Below, one piece after another: positions 39,023 to 50,644 of a stretch of 64,000 nt of DNA. Source of the DNA: Leucoraja ocellata. Its lineage: Eukaryota. The notes below the pieces were generated by a model. It worked only from the letters and a program-made list of their open reading frames with translations, did not search any database and was not told the DNA's origin. The translations under genes were made by a program, and so were the position numbers. The DNA is taken from contig JAWMAR010000061.1 of the NCBI GenBank assembly GCA_036785375.1, positions 9,238,001 through 9,302,000 on the forward strand, in the 5' to 3' direction. Every line of letters begins with the position of its first letter. The first letter of the stretch is position 1.

Positions 39023-39803
39023 TGCGATTGTGTTCCTCCAACTTCATACGTTGCTAAAACACTGCCCGCAGAATCTGTCCTGTTGCAACTGCACCATCGA
39101 GGGGGATAACGGCAAAGACCCCGCCCCTCGCGGCAGCTACAGCACGTCAAGATACAACGGTAAAGACTCAATACCACCAACGTTCCCACCAGCAACATCA
39201 CACGCTGCACAAACACAGGCCACCTCTGCTGTGTCCATCGACCACGTACACCAACATTTGCACACAGAGAGGAGGTAAATATACAGAGGAATGCCCCATG
39301 AGAAGCGAGCAGCCAAGTGCTCCGTGTCAGTCAACTGTCATGGTTTCCGTGTCCTCGACATTAACGGTAACAGGCTGTCACTGAGTTAATTATTGCACAT
39401 CCACATCACGGGCAGTGACATTTGTCTTCAAATACTGGAACGAAACTGGAACTGATTTAAAAAACGCAGTGTTTTCTGAACTTCCGGTGGGGGGGGGGGC
39501 AAGGGGCTAGAGGCAGGGGGCTAGAGGGCAGGGGGCTAGAGGGCAAGGGGCAGGGGCTGCTCGATGCCTCTGGGAGCAGCCGTAACAAGTAGGGGATCAG
39601 GGGAGCGACGTGCAGACACAGATTGACAAGACGCAGACACGAGGAGTGGGCACGCGTGTATGCACACACGCCACACACACACGCCACACACACAGGACAC
39701 ACCAGCAACTGGCATTGTCTTTATTCTACTCATCCTCATCCCCAGAGTGTCGACTTGGTTTGCTGGAGTTCTTGTTCACCATCTAGTTCAGGGACGCCCA
39801 CCG

Positions 39804-39875
39804 TCAGATGTACAGCGGTGTTTCTTGTCCAGTCAGGAGCCTGAACATGGCTGCAGGCATCGTCTTCATGTGAAT
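39804..39875 (-). CDS. APBA2: APBA2 last coding exon ([23 protein letters not shown])
   Basis: tgacag| acceptor, TGA stop, conserved autoinhibitory PLYI tail. Confidence 0.95.
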   Translation of the reverse strand: MHMKTMPAAMFRLLTGQETPLYI

Positions 39876-42800
39876 CTGTCAGCAAGAAGCTAAGCAATTA
39901 AAACTGCAACTTTCCCAATTGTACGTGGGGAGAGCGAGAGAGATGGGGACGGGTTGTAGATGGGAGAGAGGAAACCAGGAGATGGACGAGGGGATGTCAG
40001 GAGTTTCAGGCAGGGCTCACCTCTCCCACGGAGTTGGACAAGGCCTGGACGATCTTCTCATGGGCGGTTGCCACGACACTCTGCCCATTAATCTCGATGA
40101 TTCGATGCCCCACTCTCACGCCGCCACGCTCCGCGATGCCCCCTCGCATCAAGCTGCAGATCTGTAACGACACTCACAGTGGCCACAGTGGTCCCAATGT
40201 GACCCATGACCTCCACACTGGGGTTGAAGGTCAACGTGTGTTGGCGAGGTGAGGGGTGGGTTACCGCGGGAGTTACTGAGGTGTGAGTGGTTGCCATGAG
40301 GGTTGCCATGGTGTGGGGTGTTGCCGGGTGGGTTGCCGTGGGCTGTTGCCGGGGCGCTGGCTGTTGCCGGGCGGTTGCCATGGTGCGGGGTGTTACTGCG
40401 GACGTTAACGGGTGAGGGGTGGGTTGCCGTGGGAGTTACTGAGTGGTTGCCATGAGGGTTGCCATGGCGCTGGCTGTTGCTGGGTGGTTGCCATGGTGTG
40501 GGGTGTGGGTGGGTTGCCCGCCGGGCGTTACCGGGGTGCTGGCTGTTGTCGGGGTGGCGGGGTGTTGCCGGGCGGTTGTCGGGGTGCGGGGTGTTGCCGG
40601 GCGGTTGTCGGGGGTGGGGGGTGTTGCTGGGCGGTTGTCGTGGTGCGGGGTGTTGCCGGCGGTTGTCGGGGTGCGGGGTGTTGCCGGGCGGTTGTCGGGG
40701 TGCGGGGGTGTTGCTGGGCGGTTGTCGGGGTGCGGTGTGTTGCCGGGCGGTTGTCAGGGTGCGGGTGTTGTCGGGGTGCGGGGTGTTGCCGGGCGGTTGT
40801 CGGGGTGCGGGGTGTTGCCGGGCGGTTGTCGGGGTGCGGGGTGTTGTCGGGGTGCGGGGTGTTGCCGGGTGGTTGTCGGGGTGCGGGGTGTTGCCGGGCG
40901 GTTGTCGGGGTGCGGGTGTTGCCGGGTGGTTGTCGGGGTGCGGGGTGTTGCCGGGCGGTTGTCGGGGTGCGGGGTGTTGCCGGGCGGTTGTCGGGTGCGG
41001 GGGTCCATGCTACTCACGATGCCGTTCTGGACACTGAAGCCCAGCTGGTACTTGAGGTCGGGACGTTTAATCAACACAGTGGTGACCGGCGGCAGCTCAC
41101 GATGTTCAACTTCACCTGAACCTGATTCTTCAGCCCTGACAACAAGACAATGTGTTACAGCCACGGGGAGGGGGGAGGGGAGAGAGTGTGGGGACGGGGA
41201 CAGACCCAATCAAAGGCAGCAGTAGCAGAGACAGGGCAGGGAGGTCAGTGGCATTTGCCTGTATCACAGTGCAGAGTGGGCAAGCGGGGAATGGGGGTAC
41301 AGGCAGTGGGGAAGGGCAAGGTGGGGTACAAGGAGTGACACTGCTCCCCCCCATCTACAGGATTCATCTTGTCAGCTGTTGGACAATGGTCCATCCCGGA
41401 TATTGATGTACTGGAGACAGACACTGGAGTAACTCAGCGGGACAGGCAGCATCACTGGAGTGGAGGAATGGGTGATGTTTCGGGTGGAGACCCTTCTTCA
41501 GACAGTCAGTGTCTGGATCAGTGTTGTCACTCTGACTGCTCAGTGGTCCTTCAACTAAGAGTGACCAGTGGTTGACCGCAGAGTGACTGTAGAGACTGCA
41601 GCCGTACCTTGATGATGCCCTGGCAGGTAGCGAGTGGCAGCCCCACCAGGCTGGTGCCGTTGATGGACATGATCTGGTCACCGATGCTGAGTTTGCCCGA
41701 GCGAGCAGCTGGACCACCGTTCATCATGTTGGCCAGGATGACCGTGGGCAGAATGGACCCCCACCCCGACTCCACGATCACCACCCCAAATATCTCACTC
41801 TTCAGCTTGTCCACCTGCAGCTGGGGGACGGAGAGAGAGAGAGAGAGGAGTATGATGATGCTACTGATTATGATATGCCAATGTACCAGCTGACTGATCT
41901 TCTCCATAAAGACCTGGTCTATTGCTAGAAATTGTAATTTATTTACCTATCTGTTACGGACTTACAGCATATAATACAATAATATTAAAGTTCTGATCTT
42001 GAGAATATCACATTTTTGAATATTCAAGGCAGTCTGGGTGTTTATTACTATTTCCGTCATAACGGTCAATTTTGTAATTCGCTACAATTAGGTAATTAAA
42101 TAATTATATGCTTTAATTTAAGGTCATCCAAGTAGGATGTTTTATCTTTGTTTCAGAATGCTTCAATCTATAATAACTGATCATTTCTTTCAGTTCTCTT
42201 AATTTTTAAGAAAGTTATGGGCTTTTGACTGTCCTCGATCACAGCTTTTGTGTTAAGTCAATGGAAAAGCAGTAGGGACCAAGACGCTAATTTCCGAGTA
42301 TGGAAATGGCCATAACTTTTTTAATACTGAAGATATGAAAGTGAATTAGGTGTCAAATTAAACTACTTTTTATGCTTTATCTGGTGGGATAAATTGCAGA
42401 CTTGATTTTTCAAATCTCAAAATTTTGTAACATTGCTACTATATTCGTTACTTATTGAACTTTTTCTTTTTTTCTCTTCCCCGTTATGTATGTTTACATA
42501 TTCTGTTGTGCTGCAGCAAGTAAGAATGGGGGTGTGGCGTGGGTGGGGGGGTAAGTGGACGGGGCTGTTGCCACTGTGGGGCGTGGACACACTAACCTCC
42601 TTGCAGTTGGCAGAGTTGGAGTAGTGGATCAGGTCGTCGTTGTACATCTCCTGGGTGTTGATGATGTCGCTGTACTCCTTCTGGCTCAGGTCCTCGGGGT
42701 TTATGCCATTGGCTCGCAGAAACTCCTGGTAGGCCACGCTAAAGGCCTGACCAATGGACTGAGCAATGAGCTGGGCCTGCAAGTGAACAAACACCTTACT

Positions 42801-45800
42801 TAGAACAGCATCGATGAACGGGTAGAATGGCCTCACGCACGTTCACGGTCACACACACACACACGGTCACGCACACGTCCAGCATTGCCGCGTGTGCACG
42901 ATACACACCAAGCACAAGGACCTCTCTCCAACAAATTCCACAAAGCTGCTTAAACCCGTCTGGTTCAATCTTTCAAATAAACAAGGAACGCTCTCTCCCT
43001 CCGTCCCCTTCACCGTGACACGAGGGCAAGGTGGACACCCCGACACAGTGACCCCGACACCGTGACCCCTGCACCATGACCCTGCCAGCCTGACCCCAGG
43101 CTCTGGGGTGAGGCAGGGTCGGCATGAACATCCCACCCACCAAGTTCCCAGTCAGAGCAGCAGCAGCAGGGATGCAGAAACCCTCTCGTACTCACATCCT
43201 CCGACTCAAACACGTGGCACACCATCTTGTACTGTTTCTTGCCTTCCTGGCTTCCAGGGGTGGTCTCAATACAATCCTGGGAAGCTGCTCGCGGGACCCG
43301 TCTCCGGGCCATCAACACCACGATGTTACCGATGTCCGCGATGTATGAGATGGTGCGCAGTGCGTGGTCCATCATCGGTTCCTGCAACAGGTAGTAACAG
43401 GTCCAGGAGCTGCTGCCAGGACCAGCGCCACCCACTCCCTGACACCCCCCCAGTGGCCTCTAGCCCCCCCCCAGTGGCCTCTAGCCCCCCGACCCCCCCA
43501 GTGGCCTCTAGCCCCCCCCATGGTCCTAACACCTACCTCCCCCCTAACATCCCCTCCAATGGCTCCAACAGCCAACACCCTCCTCACCAACAGCCACGAG
43601 CACACACCCCTCCCAAACCAGCGTATCCCAACATTACACCACCTCCCCCCCCAAGCCCCTGCCCCCCCCCCCCCTGACACCACCCCAATGGCCCCTGCCC
43701 CCCCCCCCCCCCCCCATCGGCCCCTCGCTCCCGATTCCCTGCACCGTTCCCCTCACTCCGTAGTCAACTGCTTGTTGGCCACCTGCCGATACTCGTCGCT
43801 GATTCCTCCCGCCTCGTTACCTGCGAGTCCGCGTTGAGAACTTTAATCCTCTGAGTGGAGATGAAGAGATCCACTTCTGTCATTGGCTGAGAGTTCCCAT
43901 CTGCACCCTGAGCACAGGAGACATGGCCATGAAATGGGCCGAATGGCCTCACTGATCCAGGACTAGGGTCGCACACACACACGCACGCGCACGCACAAAG
44001 ACCAGGAACCAGCTGCCCCATGCACCCACACACACCCACACCCACGCACTCACACTCACACACACTCACACACACACACACACACCCCCACACCCACGCG
44101 CTCACACTCACACACTCACTCTCTCACACACACACACTCACACACACACACACACACTCATACACACACACCCACACCCACGCGNNNNNNNNNNNNNNNN
44201 NNNNNNNNNNNNNNNNNNNNNNNNNNNNNNNNNNNNNNNNNNNNNNNNNNNNNNNNNNNNNNNNNNNNNNNNNNNNNNNNNNNNNNNNNNNNNNNNNNNN
44301 NNNNNNNNNNNNNNNNNNNNNNNNNNNNNNNNNNNNNNNNNNNNNNNNNNNNNNNNNNNNNNNNNNNNNNNNNNNNNNNNNNNNNNNNNNNNNNNNNNNN
44401 NNNNNNNNNNNNNNNNNNNNNNNNNNNNNNNNNNNNNNNNNNNNNNNNNNNNNNNNNNNNNNNNNNNNNNNNNNNNNNNNNNNNNNNNNNNNNNNNNNNN
44501 NNNNNNNNNNNNNNNNNNNNNNNNNNNNNNNNNNNNNNNNNNNNNNNNNNNNNNNNNNNNNNNNNNNNNNNNNNNNNNNNNNNNNNNNNACCCGGACAAG
44601 GCACAGCAGCCATGCCACTCACATGGAGAACACTCACCACTTTTTTCTTGGGTTTTGATGTCTTCTGCACCCTCTGGTGAGAAACAATATGAAAGAAAAC
44701 AAGGTTAGACACGGGTAAAGCAAGCATGTAGTTGTGGGGGAGTGGAGGGTGGTAAGAGGGGTGCAGCTTGTGGAATGATGGGGAAGTGGGTGGGAATCGG
44801 CAGGAGAGGGAAGCAGGGGAGGGGTGAGGATGAAGCAGGGCAGGGCATGAGGAGGAAAGAGTGGGGAGGGGGGGGCAGGAGAGAGAAGGGAAAGGAGTTG
44901 AGGGAGGAAACATGAGTGTGGGGAGGAGGTATGGGTGGGTGAGAGAGAGAAGGTGTGTCGTGGGGGAGGTGACGCCATAGAAGGAAAAGGACAAGTGTGT
45001 TGTGGTGAGTGTATGTGATCCATGGTGATCCACAAGCGCAGCTCCCTAGGACAAGAGGAACAAACACATCTTGCCTTTCACCGTTCTGTGTTCTAGTTAT
45101 ACTGAACAAGGTTGTAACAGGTCAGTTCAATTGGGAGAGTGACCGGGGATTCTGAAAGGATATTGTGGATTAGTGATGAACTGTTTATGTCGGGTATTTA
45201 ACAAAGCATCTGAGAGCTTGTAGTTGGCAGAATGCTGACAAGAGTTTGAAGCTCAAATATGTTAGAGAACTTCACAATGGACCTTAACGCGGGCCACTGC
45301 CTCCTGGGCCTGCATCATACGTATGTGTTTGGAAGGATTGCGTTCAGACACCAGCTGTGTTGAGCCCAGGTAATTGGCTGCAAAAATGATCCCATCAATC
45401 AAATCTTCTGGCTCACAAGGGCCTGGAACTGAAACAGAAAGAGCACAGATTAGAGATTAGTGCCCCAGTGCCCCAGTGCCACACATTAGAGAGCCCCAGT
45501 GCCAGCATCAACAGCAACAAGGACCACACAGATTAGAGAGCCCCAGTGCCAGCATCAACAGCAACAAGACAGACAGACAGAAGTGACAAAACTGTTGTCC
45601 CTCAATGCTGCCCCTACACTTTACTAATCACTGATCTAGAGGCCACTCCGATCCTCTCGTTAGTCAGCACCAGTAGGCTTTGACATTGAGACGTTGACAT
45701 TTACTATGTTCCTAACTTTCTTCTCATTGGTTTGAAAATACCAAACGGCACATATGGAACTGAGTTCTGCACATCAGCTGATAATGTTCTACTCTCCTCT

Positions 45801-48800
45801 ACACTGGTGCTGTCAATCTTTCACTAATCCATTCACTGGGCTCCAAGTGACATCACTGTTACAACAATTACCATCTGCTGATATTCCCAAAACACTCACC
45901 ATCTACAAAGTTGGGAAAGGAGGATGGTGTCTTCGTTTGCTGCAAGATAAACCAGATGTTGACAGCTGTCCTTACACACAGTAACATAGTAAACAGTAAA
46001 TAAATGTGTCTGATAGAATAACAAGCTTGATAAGGTGGAAGCAGGGGACGGACTTCTCCACACTGGGCTTTTGGAACTGACTTCCTCAACCAGCAGCATC
46101 TTTGAACCAGCCAGAGATGGATGGATATGTGACGCTGACCTTACTGAGTGGCAGAGCAGGANNNNNNNNNNNNNNNNNNNNNNNNNNNNNNNNNNNNNNN
46201 NNNNNNNNNNNNNNNNNNNNNNNNNNNNNNNNNNNNNNNNNNNNNNNNNNNNNNNNNNNNNNNNNNNNNNNNNNNNNNNNNNNNNNNNNNNNNNNNNNNN
46301 NNNNNNNNNNNNNNNNNNNNNNNNNNNNNNNNNNNNNNNNNNNNNNNNNNNNNNNNNNNNNNNNNNNNNNNNNNNNNNNNNNNCACTGCACCCTCACACA
46401 CACATACATACACACACGCACACATACACTGTACACACACACGCACACATACACTGTACACACCCACACACATACACACACATACACACACACTACGCGC
46501 ACACACACACACACTGCACCCCCACACTGCGCACACATACACACACACACTGCGCACACACACACTGCACACATACACTGTACACACACACACACACACA
46601 CTGCACCCCCACACTGCGCACACATACACACACACTGCGCACACACACACTGCACACATACACACACACACTGCGCACACACACACTGCACACATACACT
46701 GTACACACACACACACACACTGCACCCCCACACTGCGCACACATACACACACACACTGCGCACACACACACTGCACACATACACTGTACACACACACACA
46801 CACACTGCACCCCCACACTGCGCACACATACACACACACACTGCGCACACACACACTGCACACATACCCTGTACACACACACACACACACACTGCACCCC
46901 CACACTGCGCACACATACACACACACACTGCGCACACACACACTGCACACATACACTGTACACACACACACACACACCTACACCCACACACTGGTCTATC
47001 CTGATGGGACAATCAGAAGAAGAAGAAGGAAGATTTGCACTATCAGTGTCACAGTCGGAGATCAGATGGGAAGTGTGACAGAGGAAGATGCCACAACCCA
47101 GCAGCAGATGTGAGCTGGCCCTTCACTACATGCCAGTCCAGATGGTCAATGAGAACTTGATTTTTCTAGCAATGTTTCACCCAGGCGATGGTTCCTCAGG
47201 ATAATGCTCCAAAGTTATCGAACAAGAATTGTACTTGAATTTCTCTTCTCTTCATTACTGTTCTGAAGCTAATTGTACATCTACTGGTTTCTCCCACCAA
47301 ATTCTAGCCAGTTCATTAGTGAACTCGTGGTCTTTCTAGGCTGCTGCCTCAATGATGGGCACTGCATGGAATGGTAATGGTCACAACAAAAGCAACTAAA
47401 CTCACCTCACAAACATAGTTGTTGTTGACGGGGCCATTGAGGTCAGAACGTTGCTGTTTCCGTGGCTGCCCTGTGTCCTGTCAACAGGTCAAAACACTTC
47501 TTTACAACTGGGACCTGAGCTTCACCAGACTGCATCCAACTCGAACTGTGAATATGCATCCACCTGACTGTCTACCAAGCCTCGCTCTAGTTCTCCATCT
47601 GACAATGCATCCATCGTAACCTGCAGCTTTCTGTCACCGATGGTTTAAATGGTGTAGATACAGAATACAGCAGTGACTGGTCTCCCCCCAAACAGATACA
47701 TCACAGGTAGAAACAAGTAAAGCTCCCTCCAGCACTGCCCTAGTCCTTCCATTCCCGTCCTGACCTGGTCTGCTGCTCCTTTAACAACACAAGATCTAAA
47801 TGCTACGACTCCTTTCTCAACAGCGCTGTGGGAGTGTGGCAGCAGTTCACCGACTCCTGGATGTATTCATTCCCAACAATACTTTCCTGGACAAAATAGA
47901 TGTTTCTCCCCTCACACTGACTTAGCCTCCAGTAATCAACGGCCCAGTCTGACAGATGTGTCTTTGGAACTCCGCTGATGTAGCTCGTGGTGGAGTTATT
48001 ACACAACTCACAGTCACATTAGTAATGTATTCAAGAGAGAGTTAGATTTAGCTCTTAGGGGCTAATGGAGTCCCTAAGGGATATGGGGAGAAAGCAGGAA
48101 CGGGGTATTGATTTTGGATGATCAGACTGAATGGCGATGCTGGCTCGAAGGGCCGAATGGCCTGCTCCTGCACCTATTTTCTATGTTTCTATGACAGTCA
48201 CTGATGCCCTTGCTAATGCTCCAAGCTCAACGTTGGGGGAATATGGTAACTGGCAGCTGCCAGTTTTATCTGATGTCACAACAGAATAAGGAGGATTAGG
48301 GTTGAGAAGGGAGAACTCGGCTCTCCCTCTTCCCTCTGACTCCTCCTCTTCCTTTCTTCTTCCTGCACCCCCTCCCCCCCCCCCCCCCCCACCCTGCATC
48401 AGTCTAAAGAAGGGTTTCGGCCCGAAACGTCGCCTATTTCCTTCGCTCCATAAATGCTGCTGCACCCGCTGAGTTTCTCCAACATTTTTGTCTACCTGTG
48501 ATTTTCCAGCATCTGCAGTTCCTTCTTGAACAGTATAAGGAGCCTCGGTGAAACCACTCCTGAATAAACTCTGCAGTGTCCCCAGCTCCGCTGCCCCATG
48601 ACCAGTGGATGACCAAGGCTCCTGTCCCTGTACGGTGGGTCCCTTGCTGCAAGGACTGCACATGGTGGATCCATGCATTGTCTCCACAGTTAAACCTTCC
48701 CCATTTCCCTATTACCCAACAGAATCAGCTGGGGGAGCCAAAGGAAAAGTAATCTCTAACGAATGTTAAAATGTGAGCAGTTTCAGGAGTGGAGGAAAGA

Positions 48801-49669
48801 GGGTTTAGACAGGTGAGAGAGGGACTGACTGAGGCAATGCCTACCTGTCCAGTACTTCTCTGCTTCCATTGATCAGATCCCTTGGCTCCAGATTTGTCAC
48901 TGAGTGAAGCATCACCACTGTTGCCATCGGTGGGTGAGGTCAGGCACAGTCTTGGCCAGCCCTCTTCTTTCACACTGTGTAACTCTGTGTCTGCCTTACT
49001 TTCCCCAGGGCTCTGTTCACCAACGCTGTTTAAGCTGCTTGTACTCATGCTCATTTTGATTTCAGCTACAATCTGGTCAATGTCCTCCTCCACATCCTCT
49101 GGCTCTGTTTCTGACTTGCTGCATTGGGATGTGCGTGGGGACAGAGGGTTAGGCCGGGAGGGGGAGTAACCCCATGGGGTTCCTTCACTGTTGCCAGTTG
49201 CCTCTCTGCTCACTGCAGGCTGGGTTGCAAGGACCGAATCCTCTGGCTCTTGGGCACATACATGTTCTTCAGACCCCTCCACCATGGTTTGGCAGAGACC
49301 ATCTGACTCTGCCCGTGTCTTGTTGTCTGCTGGCTGGCTATCATCAGGCTGGGCCGTGATGGTGGGGGCCACACAGCTGCTTCCAGTACATCCAATGTCC
49401 TCCAGGTAACTATCTTCCTCAGGACAGTACCTGATGTAATAGGTCACACCCTCCTCCTCAGGAACACCTTCATCATAGTCCTCTTCCTCTGATGTGTTGT
49501 TCACGTATTCAGAGCTGGAGTCACCATCGCCCATGTTGGCATGAAGATCCGTGTCAAGGAAGATGGGATCAGCCTCCCTGCCATCCTGCTGCACATCTGA
49601 CTGTTCTGGGCAGTCAGGAGGGGGGCTGGAGCAAAGGCCTGACCCAGCCTCCACTGAGCTGCTCTCCAT
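39804..49669 (-). CDS. APBA2: Amyloid-beta precursor protein-binding family A member 2 (Mint2/X11L), 12 coding exons, about 705 aa if the 41018-41135 exon is repaired
   Basis: The N-terminal [39 protein letters not shown] motif is APBA2-type. Also present: [12 protein letters not shown], a PTB domain, two PDZ domains and the C-terminus ETPLYI*. Introns are GT-AG. Confidence 0.93.
40021..40161 (-). CDS. APBA2: APBA2 exon, PDZ2 ([47 protein letters not shown])
   Basis: ttacag| ... |gtgagc, 141 nt. Confidence 0.95.
40260..41002. repeat. G-rich minisatellite (about 28-29-bp unit gggcggttgtcggggtgcggggtgttgcc)
   Basis: Many near-identical tandem units in the APBA2 intron. Confidence 0.95.
41018..41135 (-). 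CDS. APBA2: APBA2 exon, PDZ1/PDZ2 junction ([40 protein letters not shown]), frame-disrupted as assembled
   Basis: 118 nt versus the 120 needed; two single-base deficits near 41134 and 41091. Confidence 0.85.
41420..41505 (-). mobile_element. Penelope-like/hammerhead-motif repeat with intact core, sense to APBA2
   Basis: Minus strand reads gtCTGAAGAaGGGTctccACCCGAAAcATCac. Confidence 0.65.
41608..41820 (-). CDS. APBA2: APBA2 exon, PDZ1 ([27 protein letters not shown]...GIIK)
   Basis: ccccag| ... |gtacgg, 213 nt. Confidence 0.95.
42597..42776 (-). CDS. APBA2: APBA2 exon ([24 protein letters not shown]...NCKE)
   Basis: ttgcag| ... |gttagt, 180 nt. Confidence 0.95.
43196..43381 (-). CDS. APBA2: APBA2 exon, PTB ([28 protein letters not shown]...CHVFESED)
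   Basis: ttgcag| ... |gtgagt, 186 nt. Confidence 0.95.
43445..43520. repeat. Three copies of ccagtggcctctagcccccc
   Basis: Direct inspection. Confidence 0.85.
43821..43907 (-). CDS. APBA2: APBA2 exon, PTB ([29 protein letters not shown])
   Basis: gctcag| ... |gtaacg, 87 nt. Confidence 0.94.
43971..44184. repeat. (CA)n-rich microsatellite abutting a gap
   Basis: Direct inspection. Confidence 0.9.
44185..44589. other. Assembly gap (405 N)
   Basis: N run. Confidence 1.
44638..44673 (-). CDS. APBA2: APBA2 36-nt basic PTB-loop microexon ([12 protein letters not shown])
   Basis: ctcaccag| ... |gtgagt, phase 0-0; equivalent to human RMQKAAKIKKKA. Confidence 0.85.
45283..45428 (-). CDS. APBA2: APBA2 exon, PTB start ([25 protein letters not shown]...EAVARVK)
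   Basis: tttcag| ... |gtccat, 146 nt. Confidence 0.94.
45900..45939 (-). CDS. APBA2: APBA2 40-nt exon ([13 protein letters not shown])
   Basis: ttgcag| ... |gtgagt; equivalent to human TKKVASFPSFVA. Confidence 0.88.
46162..46383. other. Assembly gap (222 N)
   Basis: N run. Confidence 1.
46384..46991. repeat. Compound (CA)n minisatellite with a higher-order unit (ctgcaccccacactgcgcacacata...)
   Basis: Direct inspection. Confidence 0.95.
47406..47477 (-). CDS. APBA2: APBA2 exon ([24 protein letters not shown])
   Basis: ttgacag| ... |gtgagt; matches human [18 protein letters not shown]. Confidence 0.88.
48020..48192 (+). mobile_element. CR1 LINE 3' end
   Basis: ggctcgaagggccgaatggcctgctcctgcacc followed by (ttctatgt)n. 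Confidence 0.8.
48320..48532 (+). mobile_element. Penelope-like/hammerhead-motif repeat preceded by a pyrimidine-rich tract
   Basis: catcagtctaaagaagggtttcggcccgaaacgtcgcc...ccagcatctgcagttccttcttgaaca. Confidence 0.7.
48845..49669 (-). CDS. APBA2: APBA2 first coding exon (Munc18-interacting N-terminus); exon acceptor just above 49723
   Basis: gccATGg Kozak context; gtgacag| acceptor; cag|gtaggc donor; 825 coding nt. Confidence 0.88.
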
Positions 49670-50087
49670 GGCCCTGGGTACACACTGCCGCTTCACATTC
49701 CACACCTGGCCCAGAGAGGCAACCTGTCACAATGACAAACACAAACACAGTCATGAACAGAGTAGACGTGCATTAACCACACGCGCCCGGTACACGCAGA
49801 AATCCTTCCATTAGCATCAGCAAACTGCCCATTGAAGGAACATTGTTCTCTCTCTCTGGGTCCCACAGGTATGGACTCACTGGCTTCCCATCTTCTGATC
49901 GCAGCCTTCACTTCTGGCCAATGCTTCCTCACAGAAAGCATTTGATCCCGAGTTGGCAGAACATGCCCCTGCACAGAGTAAACGTACTCATCACTGTGTC
50001 CTCAACTGCAACCTCAGGCTGAACATACCTGCTAAACACCATTGTATCCTCAAAACTCTCCAATACTGCCCACTGGCCCCTCCACTA

Positions 50088-50275
50088 CCATATCCCCCAC
50101 CCCCTCCACCCTCCTCATCCCCCCAACCCCTCCCCCCCCTCCCTCCTCATCCCCCCCAACCCCTCCCTCCCCCATATCCTCCACCCCCCTCCACCCCCTC
50201 CCTTCTCATCCTCCCCCCCATATCCTCCACCCCCTCCACCCCTCCCCCCCCATATCCTCCACCCCCTCCATCCCC
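50088..50275. repeat. C-rich low-complexity repeat (ccatatcctccaccccctcc)
   Basis: Direct inspection. Confidence 0.85.
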
Positions 50276-50344
50276 GTCGATGTGCCATTTCATATCCATG
50301 TAGATTCTAGACAAATTATCTAATCTTCCCCACAATACACCTCT

Positions 50345-50644
50345 CCAGTGTTCCCCAGTGCCAGTGCAGCCCAGTGCAGTGTTCCCCAGTGCCAGTGCTG
50401 CCCAGTGCCAGTGCAGTGTTCCCCAGTGCCAGTGCAGTGTTCCCCAGTGCAGTATTCCCCAGTGCCAGTGCAGCCCAGTGCCAGTGCAGTGTTCCCCAGT
50501 GCCAGTGCAGCCCAGTGCCAGTGCAGTGTTCCCCAGTGCCAGTGCAGCCCAGTGCCAGTGCAGTATTCCCCAGTGCCAGTGCAGCCCAGTGCCAGTGCAG
50601 TGTTCCCCAGTGCCAGTGCTGCCCAGTGCCAGTGCAGTGTTCCC
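50345..50644. repeat. (C)CAGTG-based minisatellite (cccagtgccagtgcagtgttc)
   Basis: Direct inspection. Confidence 0.95.

Noticed and set aside
40412-41225. Long G/C/R/V-rich ORFs in three frames
   Set aside because: Translations of a stop-free minisatellite.
44020-47113. Long His/Thr and Cys/Val ORFs
   Set aside because: Artefacts of (CA)n repeats and N gaps.
39804-49669. APBA1 or APBA3 identity, or TJP3 for the neighbouring gene
   Set aside because: The N-terminal [14 protein letters not shown] motif and PLYI tail are APBA2-type, and the neighbour has ZU5, which is absent from ZO-2 and ZO-3.
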